This document shows, in pieces, positions 1 to 7,818 of a stretch of 29,344 bases of DNA. The translations under genes and the position numbers were made by a program. Positions within the stretch are counted from its first letter, which is position 1. Each line of letters starts with the position of its first letter. The notes below the pieces were generated by a model that worked only from the letters and a program-made list of their open reading frames with translations, searched no databases and was not told where the DNA came from. The DNA comes from Candidatus Zixiibacteriota bacterium (GTDB taxonomy: Bacteria > Zixibacteria > MSB-5A5 > WJJR01), in assembly GCA_014729565.1 (NCBI GenBank), contig WJJR01000319.1, forward strand, positions 1 to 29,344. Direction: 5' to 3'.

Positions 1-1
1 C

Positions 2-340
2 CCCAACGCGATGGAGATCTGGTATCGCTTTCCAAAGTTTGTGCTCGGCTTCGTTGCTGCCTCGATCATCTTCTCGTTCATCGTGGTGCCATCGATGACC
101 GGCGGCTCCTCCGGGGTTGAAGCGGAAATCATCAAACCGATCAGCAAGACCTTGCGGGGCTGGTTCTTCTGTCTGGCCTTCACCTCGATCGGTCTCGAAT
201 CAAATTTCAAGGATTTGACCGCCCAGCTCGAGGGCGGCAAACCGCTGATTTTGTACATCATCGGACAGACCTTCAATCTGATTTTGACACTTCTTGTCGC
301 CTATTTGGCTTTCATGGTATTGTTCGCGGAGGCGATCTGA
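2..340 (+). CDS. C-terminal part of a YeiH/UPF0324 putative sulfate exporter (PSE) family transporter, 5' end outside the window
   Basis: The frame is open from position 2. The hydrophobic C-terminus ([56 protein letters not shown]) resembles the long YeiH-type members. Confidence 0.75.
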   Translation, partial: PNAMEIWYRFPKFVLGFVAASIIFSFIVVPSMTGGSSGVEAEIIKPISKTLRGWFFCLAFTSIGLESNFKDLTAQLEGGKPLILYIIGQTFNLILTLLVAYLAFMVLFAEAI

Positions 341-342
341 CG

Positions 343-621
343 ATGAGCGGAACTCGACTGAACACTGATTCCACGTCTCATTCTCCCCGTGAATCGGCGG
401 CAAGGCGGTGGAGCAAGTTCATCACCGGACTTGTGCTGTTGAGCGGATTCACAGCGCTATTGATGTCCGGTGCCACACCACCGGGTGTCTGCGGAGAGGT
501 CTTACGGCACAATCAACAAGAACACATCGACGCCTCGCCTATCTTCTACTCGGAAGTTGAGAACATGTGGTCGATGATCGAGGAACTTGAAGCACGAAGA
601 AGTAAACAGAATCACAAATGA
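343..621 (+). CDS. Small hypothetical protein with one predicted TM helix (92 aa)
   Basis: ATG lies 2 nt after the upstream stop. It has one hydrophobic segment (FITGLVLLSGFTALLM) followed by a polar tail (GEVLRHNQQEHIDASPIFYSE). Confidence 0.55.
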   Translation: MSGTRLNTDSTSHSPRESAARRWSKFITGLVLLSGFTALLMSGATPPGVCGEVLRHNQQEHIDASPIFYSEVENMWSMIEELEARRSKQNHK

Positions 622-667
622 TCCAATGGACAGTGATCGTCAACGTTGACTTAAGGAGGTACACAAG

Positions 668-1105
668 ATGACGACCAAAGAACTTCAGGAAGAACTTGTT
701 GGCCTGATGAAGTCCTGGCAGAAAATCGAAGATTCCGCGATCAAGCAGACATCGAAAATCGAAGAGAAGTCGAACCATCCGATCGTCAAGACGATGATGG
801 AAGTGATCCGTCAGGATTCGCGCATGCACGCGCGTGTGCAGGGATTCATCGCGGACAGTCTGTCCAAGGGGACCGTGACGCTGCGTCCCGAGGATCTCGA
901 AGATGTCTGGGATCTGATCGAAGAGCACATCGAACTGGAACGCAAAACGGTCGAGTATGCCGAAAAGTCGCTCGCTGCGCTCAAAGGCAAGAAGATGGTC
1001 GTGCAGGAATACCTGCTCCAGTATCTCCTCACCGATGAGGAAAAACACAACGCCATCCTTGACCAGCTCGAAACGATCAAAAAGGGTATGTACCCGTACG
1101 GTTGA
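668..1105 (+). CDS. Ferritin-like / rubrerythrin-like four-helix-bundle protein (145 aa)
   Basis: Strong RBS AAGGAGGT at 653-660. Two helical repeats carry E21...DSRMH54 and E91...DEEKH127. Confidence 0.65.
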   Translation: MTTKELQEELVGLMKSWQKIEDSAIKQTSKIEEKSNHPIVKTMMEVIRQDSRMHARVQGFIADSLSKGTVTLRPEDLEDVWDLIEEHIELERKTVEYAEKSLAALKGKKMVVQEYLLQYLLTDEEKHNAILDQLETIKKGMYPYG

Positions 1106-1121
1106 TCAACTACAACCTCAG

Positions 1122-1175
1122 CACAACGACAATGCCCCCTCGGACAATGCCATTCCGAGGGGGCATGTCGTTGTG
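1122..1175. terminator. Long hairpin between convergent genes, probable bidirectional terminator or 3' stabiliser
   Basis: Arms are cacaacgac(a)atgccccctcgga (1122-1144) and tccgagggggcatgtcgttgtg (1154-1175): 22 bp with one bulge and a 9-nt loop. It starts 16 nt after the stop at 1105 and has no clear U tract. Confidence 0.6.
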
Positions 1176-1379
1176 TGATGGTGATTGTACGGAGCACCGA
1201 ACGGGGTGCCCCACCCTAACCGATTCGCCGCCCAGGGAGACGATCGTTTAGGTGGGATTCCCATTTCGGGAAATACATGTGCCCCTGACGACAAGCACGT
1301 CGATCTCCGATTGAAAATAAGCTCGTGTGCCACTGGACCTTGGTCAGTGGCCCTCCAACCTGACACATTTGTCATTATC

Positions 1380-2972
1380 TCAATGCGTAATCGGCACCAC
1401 CGACACACTCGGTTCGACCACACTCAGCTCCGGCAAATGCGTCGACCAGTACTGAATCAACTCGTCGATGGTCCCGTCGAGTGAGAACCGCTTTGCTTCG
1501 ACCGTAACAGTCCAATCCCGGGACCGCACCGCCCGCGATGTCGCCGGCCCGATCGACACTATTGCAGCGCGCCCGATAATCTGTTCCCGTTCGTCATCGG
1601 TCAGATTATCGGCGAGTGAAGCCACCGAGGCACCGCTGGAAAACAACACGACATTGGGTGGGAACGACATCAGCTTCGCCTTGATCTCTTCACCCCACGT
1701 GATCGGAACCGTACGGTAAACCTGCAACGGCATCACCGTGTGCCCCGCATCGGACAGCTTCTGCTCACCAACGGTATCGCGACGGTTGCCGCACACCCAC
1801 ACCACCTGCGACTGCGTCCCATCAACCGTGGCCATCTGCTCGGCGATATTCGCATCCATCGTCGCGCCGAACGCGAGATCGGGAACCAGGCGCCGCGAAC
1901 GTAACACACGCTCGGCCCGCCGTCCCACGGTGACAATGCGAAAGTCATTGAGCGTGCGAATATCGGGATGCCATTCGAGCCATTGATCGAGAAAATGGCG
2001 CACACCGTTTTCGTTGTTGAAGACGATCCACTTGTTGCCGGCCGTCAGGGAGTTCAATTGCGTCCAGCCATCCGAGTCATGCACCCGTTCCGTCTTGATG
2101 GTTGCAAAGGGTTGAACTTCCGCACCCAGTTCGCGCAGGGTCCGATACAGTTCCCGCGATTGACTGACTGGCCGTGTCACCAGAATGCGCGCCCCGAACA
2201 ACGGCAACCGTACCGGCTGCGCCAGGTGTTCGTGCAAATCAACCGTATCGCCGATGACAAACACCGCCGGCGGATGCACATGCTCATGCTTCACCGTATC
2301 CGGCATTCCCGCCAATGACGACCGAAAGACACGCTGCGTGGGAAAGCCACCGCGTTCGATCACCGCCGCGGGTGTCTCCGGCGACAGCCCCGATGTAATA
2401 AGCCGCGAGACGATATTCTCAATTTCCGAGACACCCATATATATAATGAGGGTCCCCTCCTGGGCTTTGCCCACCCAATCCCAGGGAACTTCCGCGAACC
2501 CCGGCGATGATGCTTTATGCCCGGTGGCGAGCATCACCCACGCCGAACGCCGGCGATCGGTACACGGAATACCCACCGACGCCGGAGCGGTAATCCCTGC
2601 CGTCATACCGGGAACCACAACGAACGGGACGCCATGATCTTTCAGGAATTGAGCCTCCTCCGCACCGCGTCCGAACACAAACGGATCGCCGCCTTTGAAG
2701 CGCACCACGGTCTTACCCTGTTGCGCCAGCTTCACCAGCAGCGCATTGATCTCATCCTGCGTTAAGGCGTGTGTGCCCGCCCGCTTACCGACATAGTGCC
2801 GCTCGACCTGTCGCGGCAACGTAATGACCAATTCGTCGGGAACGAGATTGTCGTACACGACCACATCGCACAAATCGAGCAGTCGGACCGCTTTCAGAGA
2901 AACCAGTTCCGGGTCGCCGGGTCCGGTACCGACCAGATAGACAAGTCCTGTCTTCGCATTCGAATCAGCCAT
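1380..2972 (-). CDS. cobA-hemD: Uroporphyrinogen-III C-methyltransferase / uroporphyrinogen-III synthase fusion (CobA/SirA-HemD)
   Basis: The N-half has VYLVGTGPGDPEL, VVRFKGGDPFVFGRGAEE and VVPGMTAG. The C-half begins PLFGARILVTRP and ends with SIGPATS. Confidence 0.9.
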   Translation of the reverse strand: MADSNAKTGLVYLVGTGPGDPELVSLKAVRLLDLCDVVVYDNLVPDELVITLPRQVERHYVGKRAGTHALTQDEINALLVKLAQQGKTVVRFKGGDPFVFGRGAEEAQFLKDHGVPFVVVPGMTAGITAPASVGIPCTDRRRSAWVMLATGHKASSPGFAEVPWDWVGKAQEGTLIIYMGVSEIENIVSRLITSGLSPETPAAVIERGGFPTQRVFRSSLAGMPDTVKHEHVHPPAVFVIGDTVDLHEHLAQPVRLPLFGARILVTRPVSQSRELYRTLRELGAEVQPFATIKTERVHDSDGWTQLNSLTAGNKWIVFNNENGVRHFLDQWLEWHPDIRTLNDFRIVTVGRRAERVLRSRRLVPDLAFGATMDANIAEQMATVDGTQSQVVWVCGNRRDTVGEQKLSDAGHTVMPLQVYRTVPITWGEEIKAKLMSFPPNVVLFSSGASVASLADNLTDDEREQIIGRAAIVSIGPATSRAVRSRDWTVTVEAKRFSLDGTIDELIQYWSTHLPELSVVEPSVSVVPITH

Positions 2973-2975
2973 CGC

Positions 2976-3650
2976 CTACTCCGTCGTTTCGCTTTCGCCG
3001 CCTGCCTGTTCGCGACCCTCCAGAATATCGTCCAGTGCCTGCTCGACATGGTTGGGTGACCGGTCTTTCAACAACGTCTTCCAGTCCATGCCGACAAAGC
3101 GCGCGTAACACTCCTGTTTGCGGGCGTAGTTGCCGGCCCAACGTTTCTGCACCATCCGGCGGAATTCCGCCGCGTGACGCATCAGCTCATTCCAGTGTGA
3201 CGGAAACACGCCATCCAGAATCACCTTCAGGTGACCGGCCATAAACGGCGCATGGCCGTCGGTCGAAATCGCAACGGTGAGACACTCGCGGCGCACCACG
3301 GCGGGGAAAATGAAATCGCAGTGCGGGGGATCATCGACGACATTCACCAGAACACCTGCGGCCCGACAGTCTTCGAACACCTGATGGTTGACCGTGTTGT
3401 CATCCGACGCCGCAATCACCAAACCAAAATCGGCGACATCGCCCTTCTGATACGGCCGCTCCTCGACCGTAATCCGATTGTGCTCGGCATGGAAACGCAA
3501 CTTCTCGTCGATTGTCGGTGCGATCACAGTGACCACCGCATCGTAATCGAGCAATGTATCCACTTTGCGGACCGCAACTGTGCCGCCCCCCACAACCAGA
3601 CACTTGCGTTGATTCATCGTCAGCGAAATCGGCATGTAAGAATGAGCCAT
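2976..3650 (-). CDS. sirC: Precorrin-2 dehydrogenase (SirC / CysG N-terminal / Met8p-like), possibly also a ferrochelatase
   Basis: Motifs KCLVVGGGTVAVRK, LVIAASDD, VNVVDDPPHCDFIFPAVV and VAISTDG. RBS AAAGGTGG lies upstream and the stop is 3 nt before the cobA start. Confidence 0.88.
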   Translation of the reverse strand: MAHSYMPISLTMNQRKCLVVGGGTVAVRKVDTLLDYDAVVTVIAPTIDEKLRFHAEHNRITVEERPYQKGDVADFGLVIAASDDNTVNHQVFEDCRAAGVLVNVVDDPPHCDFIFPAVVRRECLTVAISTDGHAPFMAGHLKVILDGVFPSHWNELMRHAAEFRRMVQKRWAGNYARKQECYARFVGMDWKTLLKDRSPNHVEQALDDILEGREQAGGESETTE

Positions 3651-3690
3651 TAAATACCACCTTTGAAACTACGTGCGTTTGCGCGGTCGA

Positions 3691-5391
3691 CTAGTGATCG
3701 GTGACCGCCTGAAGTCCAGCCGCCAATGATGTTACCTGTTCGATCGACGCTCCCTTCAAGACATACGCGGCCTGATACGATCGCGCGCCCCGCTGGCACA
3801 CCAGGACAATCGGACGGTCACGCCCGACCTCGTCCAGACGGGATCGCAGTTGACCGAGAGGAATGCGAATCACCGGAGTGCCGTTGGCGGTCCAACAACC
3901 TGGCAGTGGTGTTGCCTCAGCCTCCTCATCCTCCCGGACATCTACAATCAATACCGCATTGGTCGAGATTGTGTCAAAAAGTCCGCCGGGACGGACAAAC
4001 TGTTGGCCGCGCCGAACAGCATGCGCCAGTCCTGCGAGGTGGTGCAACGGGTCCAGCGCCTCGGCATACGGCGGCGCGTACGCGTGCTCGAAATCGAATA
4101 AACTGTCGACGGTCGCCCGATACTGGAGAAATGCCGCGAATGTATCCAACCGCCGGATGATATCGCCCTCCCCAACCGCCTGCAAACCAAGCAACTGCAT
4201 GGTGGTGCCGTCGAAAATCATCTTCAGCACCATGGTCTTCACTTCGGGCTGGTAATCCGGTTTGTCGGGGAACGATCCGTGAACCGATTGCACATCGAAA
4301 CCGGCATCCCTCGCCGCTGTCTCCGTCAGTCCAACCGCGCCGACATTCAGGTCAAAGACACGCAAACACCGCGTCCCGAGAACACCGGGGAATTGGACCT
4401 TGCCACCGGCGAGGTTCTCGGCAATCACACGGCCGTGACGGTTGGCAATCGACCCCATGTATAACATCAGCGGCTTTCCGGTCAGTTGATGAACCGACTC
4501 GACACAGTCGCCACCGGCATAAATGTCGGGATCACTCGTCTGCATCTGCGCATTGACAACAATCCCGCCACACGCACCAATCGCCAGCCCACACCGTTCC
4601 GCCAATTCTGCCTGCGGTCGAACACCGAGCGCCAGGAACACGTAATCGGCGGTCACTGTGGCGCCTCCATCGATGTTCGCCTGCAACTGATCTTCAGCAT
4701 TGAGTTCGATACCCGTGACCGTTGCACGAAGATGTAGCTCAACATCCTGCTTGCGCAGTTCCTGTTCGACCAACGCCGACATCTCGGGATCCAGAGTCCC
4801 TTTCAGCAACTGTGCTTCACACTCGATCAGCACCGTTTCGATGCCCCACAACGACCCGACCGCCTCGGCCAACTCACAACCGATAAACCCTCCGCCAACG
4901 ATAATGGCACGATCGATGGCTCCGGATTCCGCCAGTTTGCGGAAGGCCATCGCGTCCTCAGGGCTATGAAACGTCCGAATGCGTTCGGAGGCCACGACCG
5001 GAAAGGGTGGATCGACAGGATGCGCACCGGTCGCCAATACCAGCTTGCCGTATTGATGCTCGAAGGTCTCACCGCGTTCGACTCGGCGCAACGTCAGCGT
5101 ATGGGCATTCCGGTCGACGTCGATCACTTCGACACCGGTGACGGCGTCACATCCGCGCGATGACCGGAAGAACTCGGTATCACGCGGGACACCATATCCG
5201 GTTTGCGTCAGCTCACTGAAGCTCTGAACGTCACCGGCGGCGAAGAACGGCATTCCACAGGACGCAAACGACAGATGCGCTCCCTTTTGAAACAGGGTCA
5301 CACGGGCATCGGGCAATCGGCGTTTAACCGTCGCCGCGGTCTTGGGCCCTGCCGCGACACCGCCGACAATCACAACATCAGAATATGGCAT
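3691..5391 (-). CDS. FAD-dependent CoA-disulfide/persulfide reductase with C-terminal rhodanese domain (CoADR-RHD / Npsr-like)
   Basis: Motifs VIVGGVAAG, redox Cys SFASCGMP, IVGGGFIG and IYAGGD, plus YAPPY in the dimerisation domain and rhodanese LVCQRGARS. The start was placed at the ATG giving MPYSDVVIVGG; the ORF extends to 5418. Confidence 0.85.
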   Translation of the reverse strand: MPYSDVVIVGGVAAGPKTAATVKRRLPDARVTLFQKGAHLSFASCGMPFFAAGDVQSFSELTQTGYGVPRDTEFFRSSRGCDAVTGVEVIDVDRNAHTLTLRRVERGETFEHQYGKLVLATGAHPVDPPFPVVASERIRTFHSPEDAMAFRKLAESGAIDRAIIVGGGFIGCELAEAVGSLWGIETVLIECEAQLLKGTLDPEMSALVEQELRKQDVELHLRATVTGIELNAEDQLQANIDGGATVTADYVFLALGVRPQAELAERCGLAIGACGGIVVNAQMQTSDPDIYAGGDCVESVHQLTGKPLMLYMGSIANRHGRVIAENLAGGKVQFPGVLGTRCLRVFDLNVGAVGLTETAARDAGFDVQSVHGSFPDKPDYQPEVKTMVLKMIFDGTTMQLLGLQAVGEGDIIRRLDTFAAFLQYRATVDSLFDFEHAYAPPYAEALDPLHHLAGLAHAVRRGQQFVRPGGLFDTISTNAVLIVDVREDEEAEATPLPGCWTANGTPVIRIPLGQLRSRLDEVGRDRPIVLVCQRGARSYQAAYVLKGASIEQVTSLAAGLQAVTDH

Positions 5392-5461
5392 GATGACACA
5401 CCCGGGCATGCCCGGCACGCCGCCAAAAGACAGCGCGCCGAGCTGTGGGAAATCCGTGCTG

Positions 5462-6619
5462 TTAGGTTGGGATCTGTTTGCGGACCGAGAGCGCGATCCG
5501 ATAGAATCCCGTGATCAACAACATCCCGAGTCCGTAGATACCGACCGAAATCATCAACTCGGGGAATGTCGGCATGTATTCGGTGACCGTGCCCAACGGA
5601 TTGGGAATGAAGCCGGTCACCACCATCCCGAGACCCTTATCGATCCAGATCGAACCGAACACCGTCAGACAGGCGACCACCAGCGTCGATTGACGGTGCC
5701 GTGTGGTGGGATTGATCAACAGCACCAGCGCAATCAGGGCCAGGATCTCCGATGTCCACATCCAGCCGACCAGGCTGCTCTTCCCATCGAGCCCCAAAAA
5801 CAGGTACTCGAAGTGCATCGTGTGGTGCGGGATGTTGCTGTAAATGGCAGTGAACAGCTCGACCAGAATGAAGAACACGTTGATCGCCATCGCGTAGGTG
5901 ACAATCTGGGCGAGCTTTTGAATCGGCCCATAGCCGGCATCAAACCGTGTAAACTTGCGCAGAATCAAACACAGGAGAATCAACAGCGACGGGCCCGCGG
6001 CAAATGCGGTGGCCAGGAAGCGCGGCGCCAAAATCGCCGTCATCCAGAACGGACGCGCCGCCAATCCACTGTACAAAAACGCCGTCACGGTGTGAATGCT
6101 GATTGCCCACGGAATCGACAGAATGATCACCGGACGAATCCACTTTGGTGGAGCGATTCCCTTGCGTTCCGAATTCAACGTGATGTGACTGATAATCACA
6201 TTGAGAACGAGGTAACCTCCCAGCGAGACCGTATCCCAGAACATCAACGATCGCGGCGACGGATGCAGGAAGACATTGGTGATACGGAACGGTTGGCCCA
6301 TGTCGACGAAGATGAAGGTCATGCACATGATCACCGATGAGATCGCCAGAAATTCGCCCAGAATGGTGATCTTGCCGAATGCTTTGTAGTCGTGCAGATA
6401 ATAGGGCAGCACAACCATTACCGCCGACGCCGCCACACCGACGAGAAATGTAAACTGCGCGATGTAGAATCCCCATGTCACATCGCGGCTGAGCCCGGTG
6501 ATGCCCAACCCCTCATGGTACTGGCGCAAATAGAAGAAGAACCCGACCCCAATCAGTACAAAGAGGAAGATCACCCAGGTCCAGTATTGCCGACTGCCGC
6601 TTAGGGCTTTCTCCAGCAT
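5462..6619 (-). CDS. dsrP: DsrP, NrfD/PsrC-family integral membrane subunit
   Basis: Motifs GLSRDVTWGFYIAQFTFLVGVAASAV, DMGQPFR and WIDKGLGMVVTGFIPNP. GAGG RBS precedes MLEKAL, and it is the last gene of the MKJOP order. Confidence 0.93.
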   Translation of the reverse strand: MLEKALSGSRQYWTWVIFLFVLIGVGFFFYLRQYHEGLGITGLSRDVTWGFYIAQFTFLVGVAASAVMVVLPYYLHDYKAFGKITILGEFLAISSVIMCMTFIFVDMGQPFRITNVFLHPSPRSLMFWDTVSLGGYLVLNVIISHITLNSERKGIAPPKWIRPVIILSIPWAISIHTVTAFLYSGLAARPFWMTAILAPRFLATAFAAGPSLLILLCLILRKFTRFDAGYGPIQKLAQIVTYAMAINVFFILVELFTAIYSNIPHHTMHFEYLFLGLDGKSSLVGWMWTSEILALIALVLLINPTTRHRQSTLVVACLTVFGSIWIDKGLGMVVTGFIPNPLGTVTEYMPTFPELMISVGIYGLGMLLITGFYRIALSVRKQIPT

Positions 6620-6626
6620 AGTCGCC

Positions 6627-7436
6627 TCACACGATATAGTAGATTTCGGGATGCGTTCCCAAACCGGGCTTGCGACGGATGGTGAACGTCTCACGCAACA
6701 CCTGCCGCACCTCGGATTCGGGATCCTCGAGATCTCCGAAGATCATCGCCTTTTCTTTGCAGGCTTCGACGCACGCCGGCATTTGGCCGCGCGCCAGCCG
6801 TTCATCACAAAATGTGCACTTCTCCACCACCCCGCGCGTCCGCGTCGGATAGCTCTTGTTGATCTCATCGATGTGCGGACGCGGATCGCGCCAGTTGAAA
6901 CTGCGCGACCCATACGGACACGCCGCCACACAGTACCGACAGCCGATACACCGGTGCCAGTCCATCATCACCAAGCCATCCGATTCGCGCTTCCAGGTCG
7001 ACTCGGTCGGACACACACGCGTGCAGGGGGGATCATCACAATGATTGCACAGCACCGGCAATGTCGCATGACGCAGCTTCTCCGACTGATGCGCATGCTC
7101 CTGATCATGGAAGGCATGTTCGAACGATTCCTTCCAGATCCACTTCACTTCGTCTTTCGGATTATCGAAATCGGGTACGTTGTGCACCTTGTGGCAGGCG
7201 AGCGCGCAATCCCGGCATCCCTCGGCCGCCACGCACTTGTTGATATCGATGACCATCGCCCAGCGTTGCGCGACTAAAGGCGCTCTCGGCTGCTCCGGTT
7301 GCGCCGGCTCGGCCGGTGTCGTGTCCTGTGCAACGTCGGTTGTATCCTGCCCGAAGACGCGTACCGCCGGAGCCCCTGCGAGCCCCAGTGCCGAGAGGCC
7401 GGATAGAGTCAGGAATTTCCGCCGATCAATACTCAC
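6627..7436 (-). CDS. dsrO: DsrO, periplasmic 4Fe-4S ferredoxin-like subunit with Tat signal
   Basis: GTG start with GGAGGAG RBS and twin-arginine IDRRKFL. Cys motifs include CNHCDDPPCTRVCP, CIGCRYCVAACP and CTFC...PACVEAC. Confidence 0.93.
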   Translation of the reverse strand: MSIDRRKFLTLSGLSALGLAGAPAVRVFGQDTTDVAQDTTPAEPAQPEQPRAPLVAQRWAMVIDINKCVAAEGCRDCALACHKVHNVPDFDNPKDEVKWIWKESFEHAFHDQEHAHQSEKLRHATLPVLCNHCDDPPCTRVCPTESTWKRESDGLVMMDWHRCIGCRYCVAACPYGSRSFNWRDPRPHIDEINKSYPTRTRGVVEKCTFCDERLARGQMPACVEACKEKAMIFGDLEDPESEVRQVLRETFTIRRKPGLGTHPEIYYIV

Positions 7437-7437
7437 G

Positions 7438-7818
7438 TTACAACTCCTCCGGGATGATGTGACATTCCCAACAGTACGGCTCCACGCCCATATAGAGATG
7501 GCACCGGTCGCAGAACTTTTCTTTGCTGACGTGGCATCCCAGACAGGTATTGGTGAGGCTGCATTCACGGCGCCCGCCGTCGGGCGTCTCTTCGAATCGC
7601 TGCCCGTCCCGGATCACCTGGTCGCGCCACTCGTCGAGGAGATCCATGTGATGCGCCGCCATGTACGCTGAATCACGCACGCACGATTCCGCATCTTTGG
7701 GATACTCCACTTCCGGCGTGTATGACGCGCGGCCGCTGGACAGGTTGTACCAGAACGGTGCGCTCACCAGCGCGAGAAAGATCACCAGCCCAATGGTTAC
7801 CTTGCCGGCATCATGCAT
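7438..7818 (-). CDS. dsrJ: DsrJ, triheme cytochrome c
   Basis: N-terminal TM anchor, three CxxCH motifs (CLGCH, CDRCH, CWECH) and the YMAAHHM segment. GGAGGAGG RBS; overlaps the dsrK stop. Confidence 0.92.
   Translation of the reverse strand: MHDAGKVTIGLVIFLALVSAPFWYNLSSGRASYTPEVEYPKDAESCVRDSAYMAAHHMDLLDEWRDQVIRDGQRFEETPDGGRRECSLTNTCLGCHVSKEKFCDRCHLYMGVEPYCWECHIIPEEL

Noticed and set aside
5342-6340. 332-aa plus-strand ORF antisense to dsrP
   Set aside because: Q/H/R-rich composition typical of the antisense frame of a hydrophobic membrane gene.
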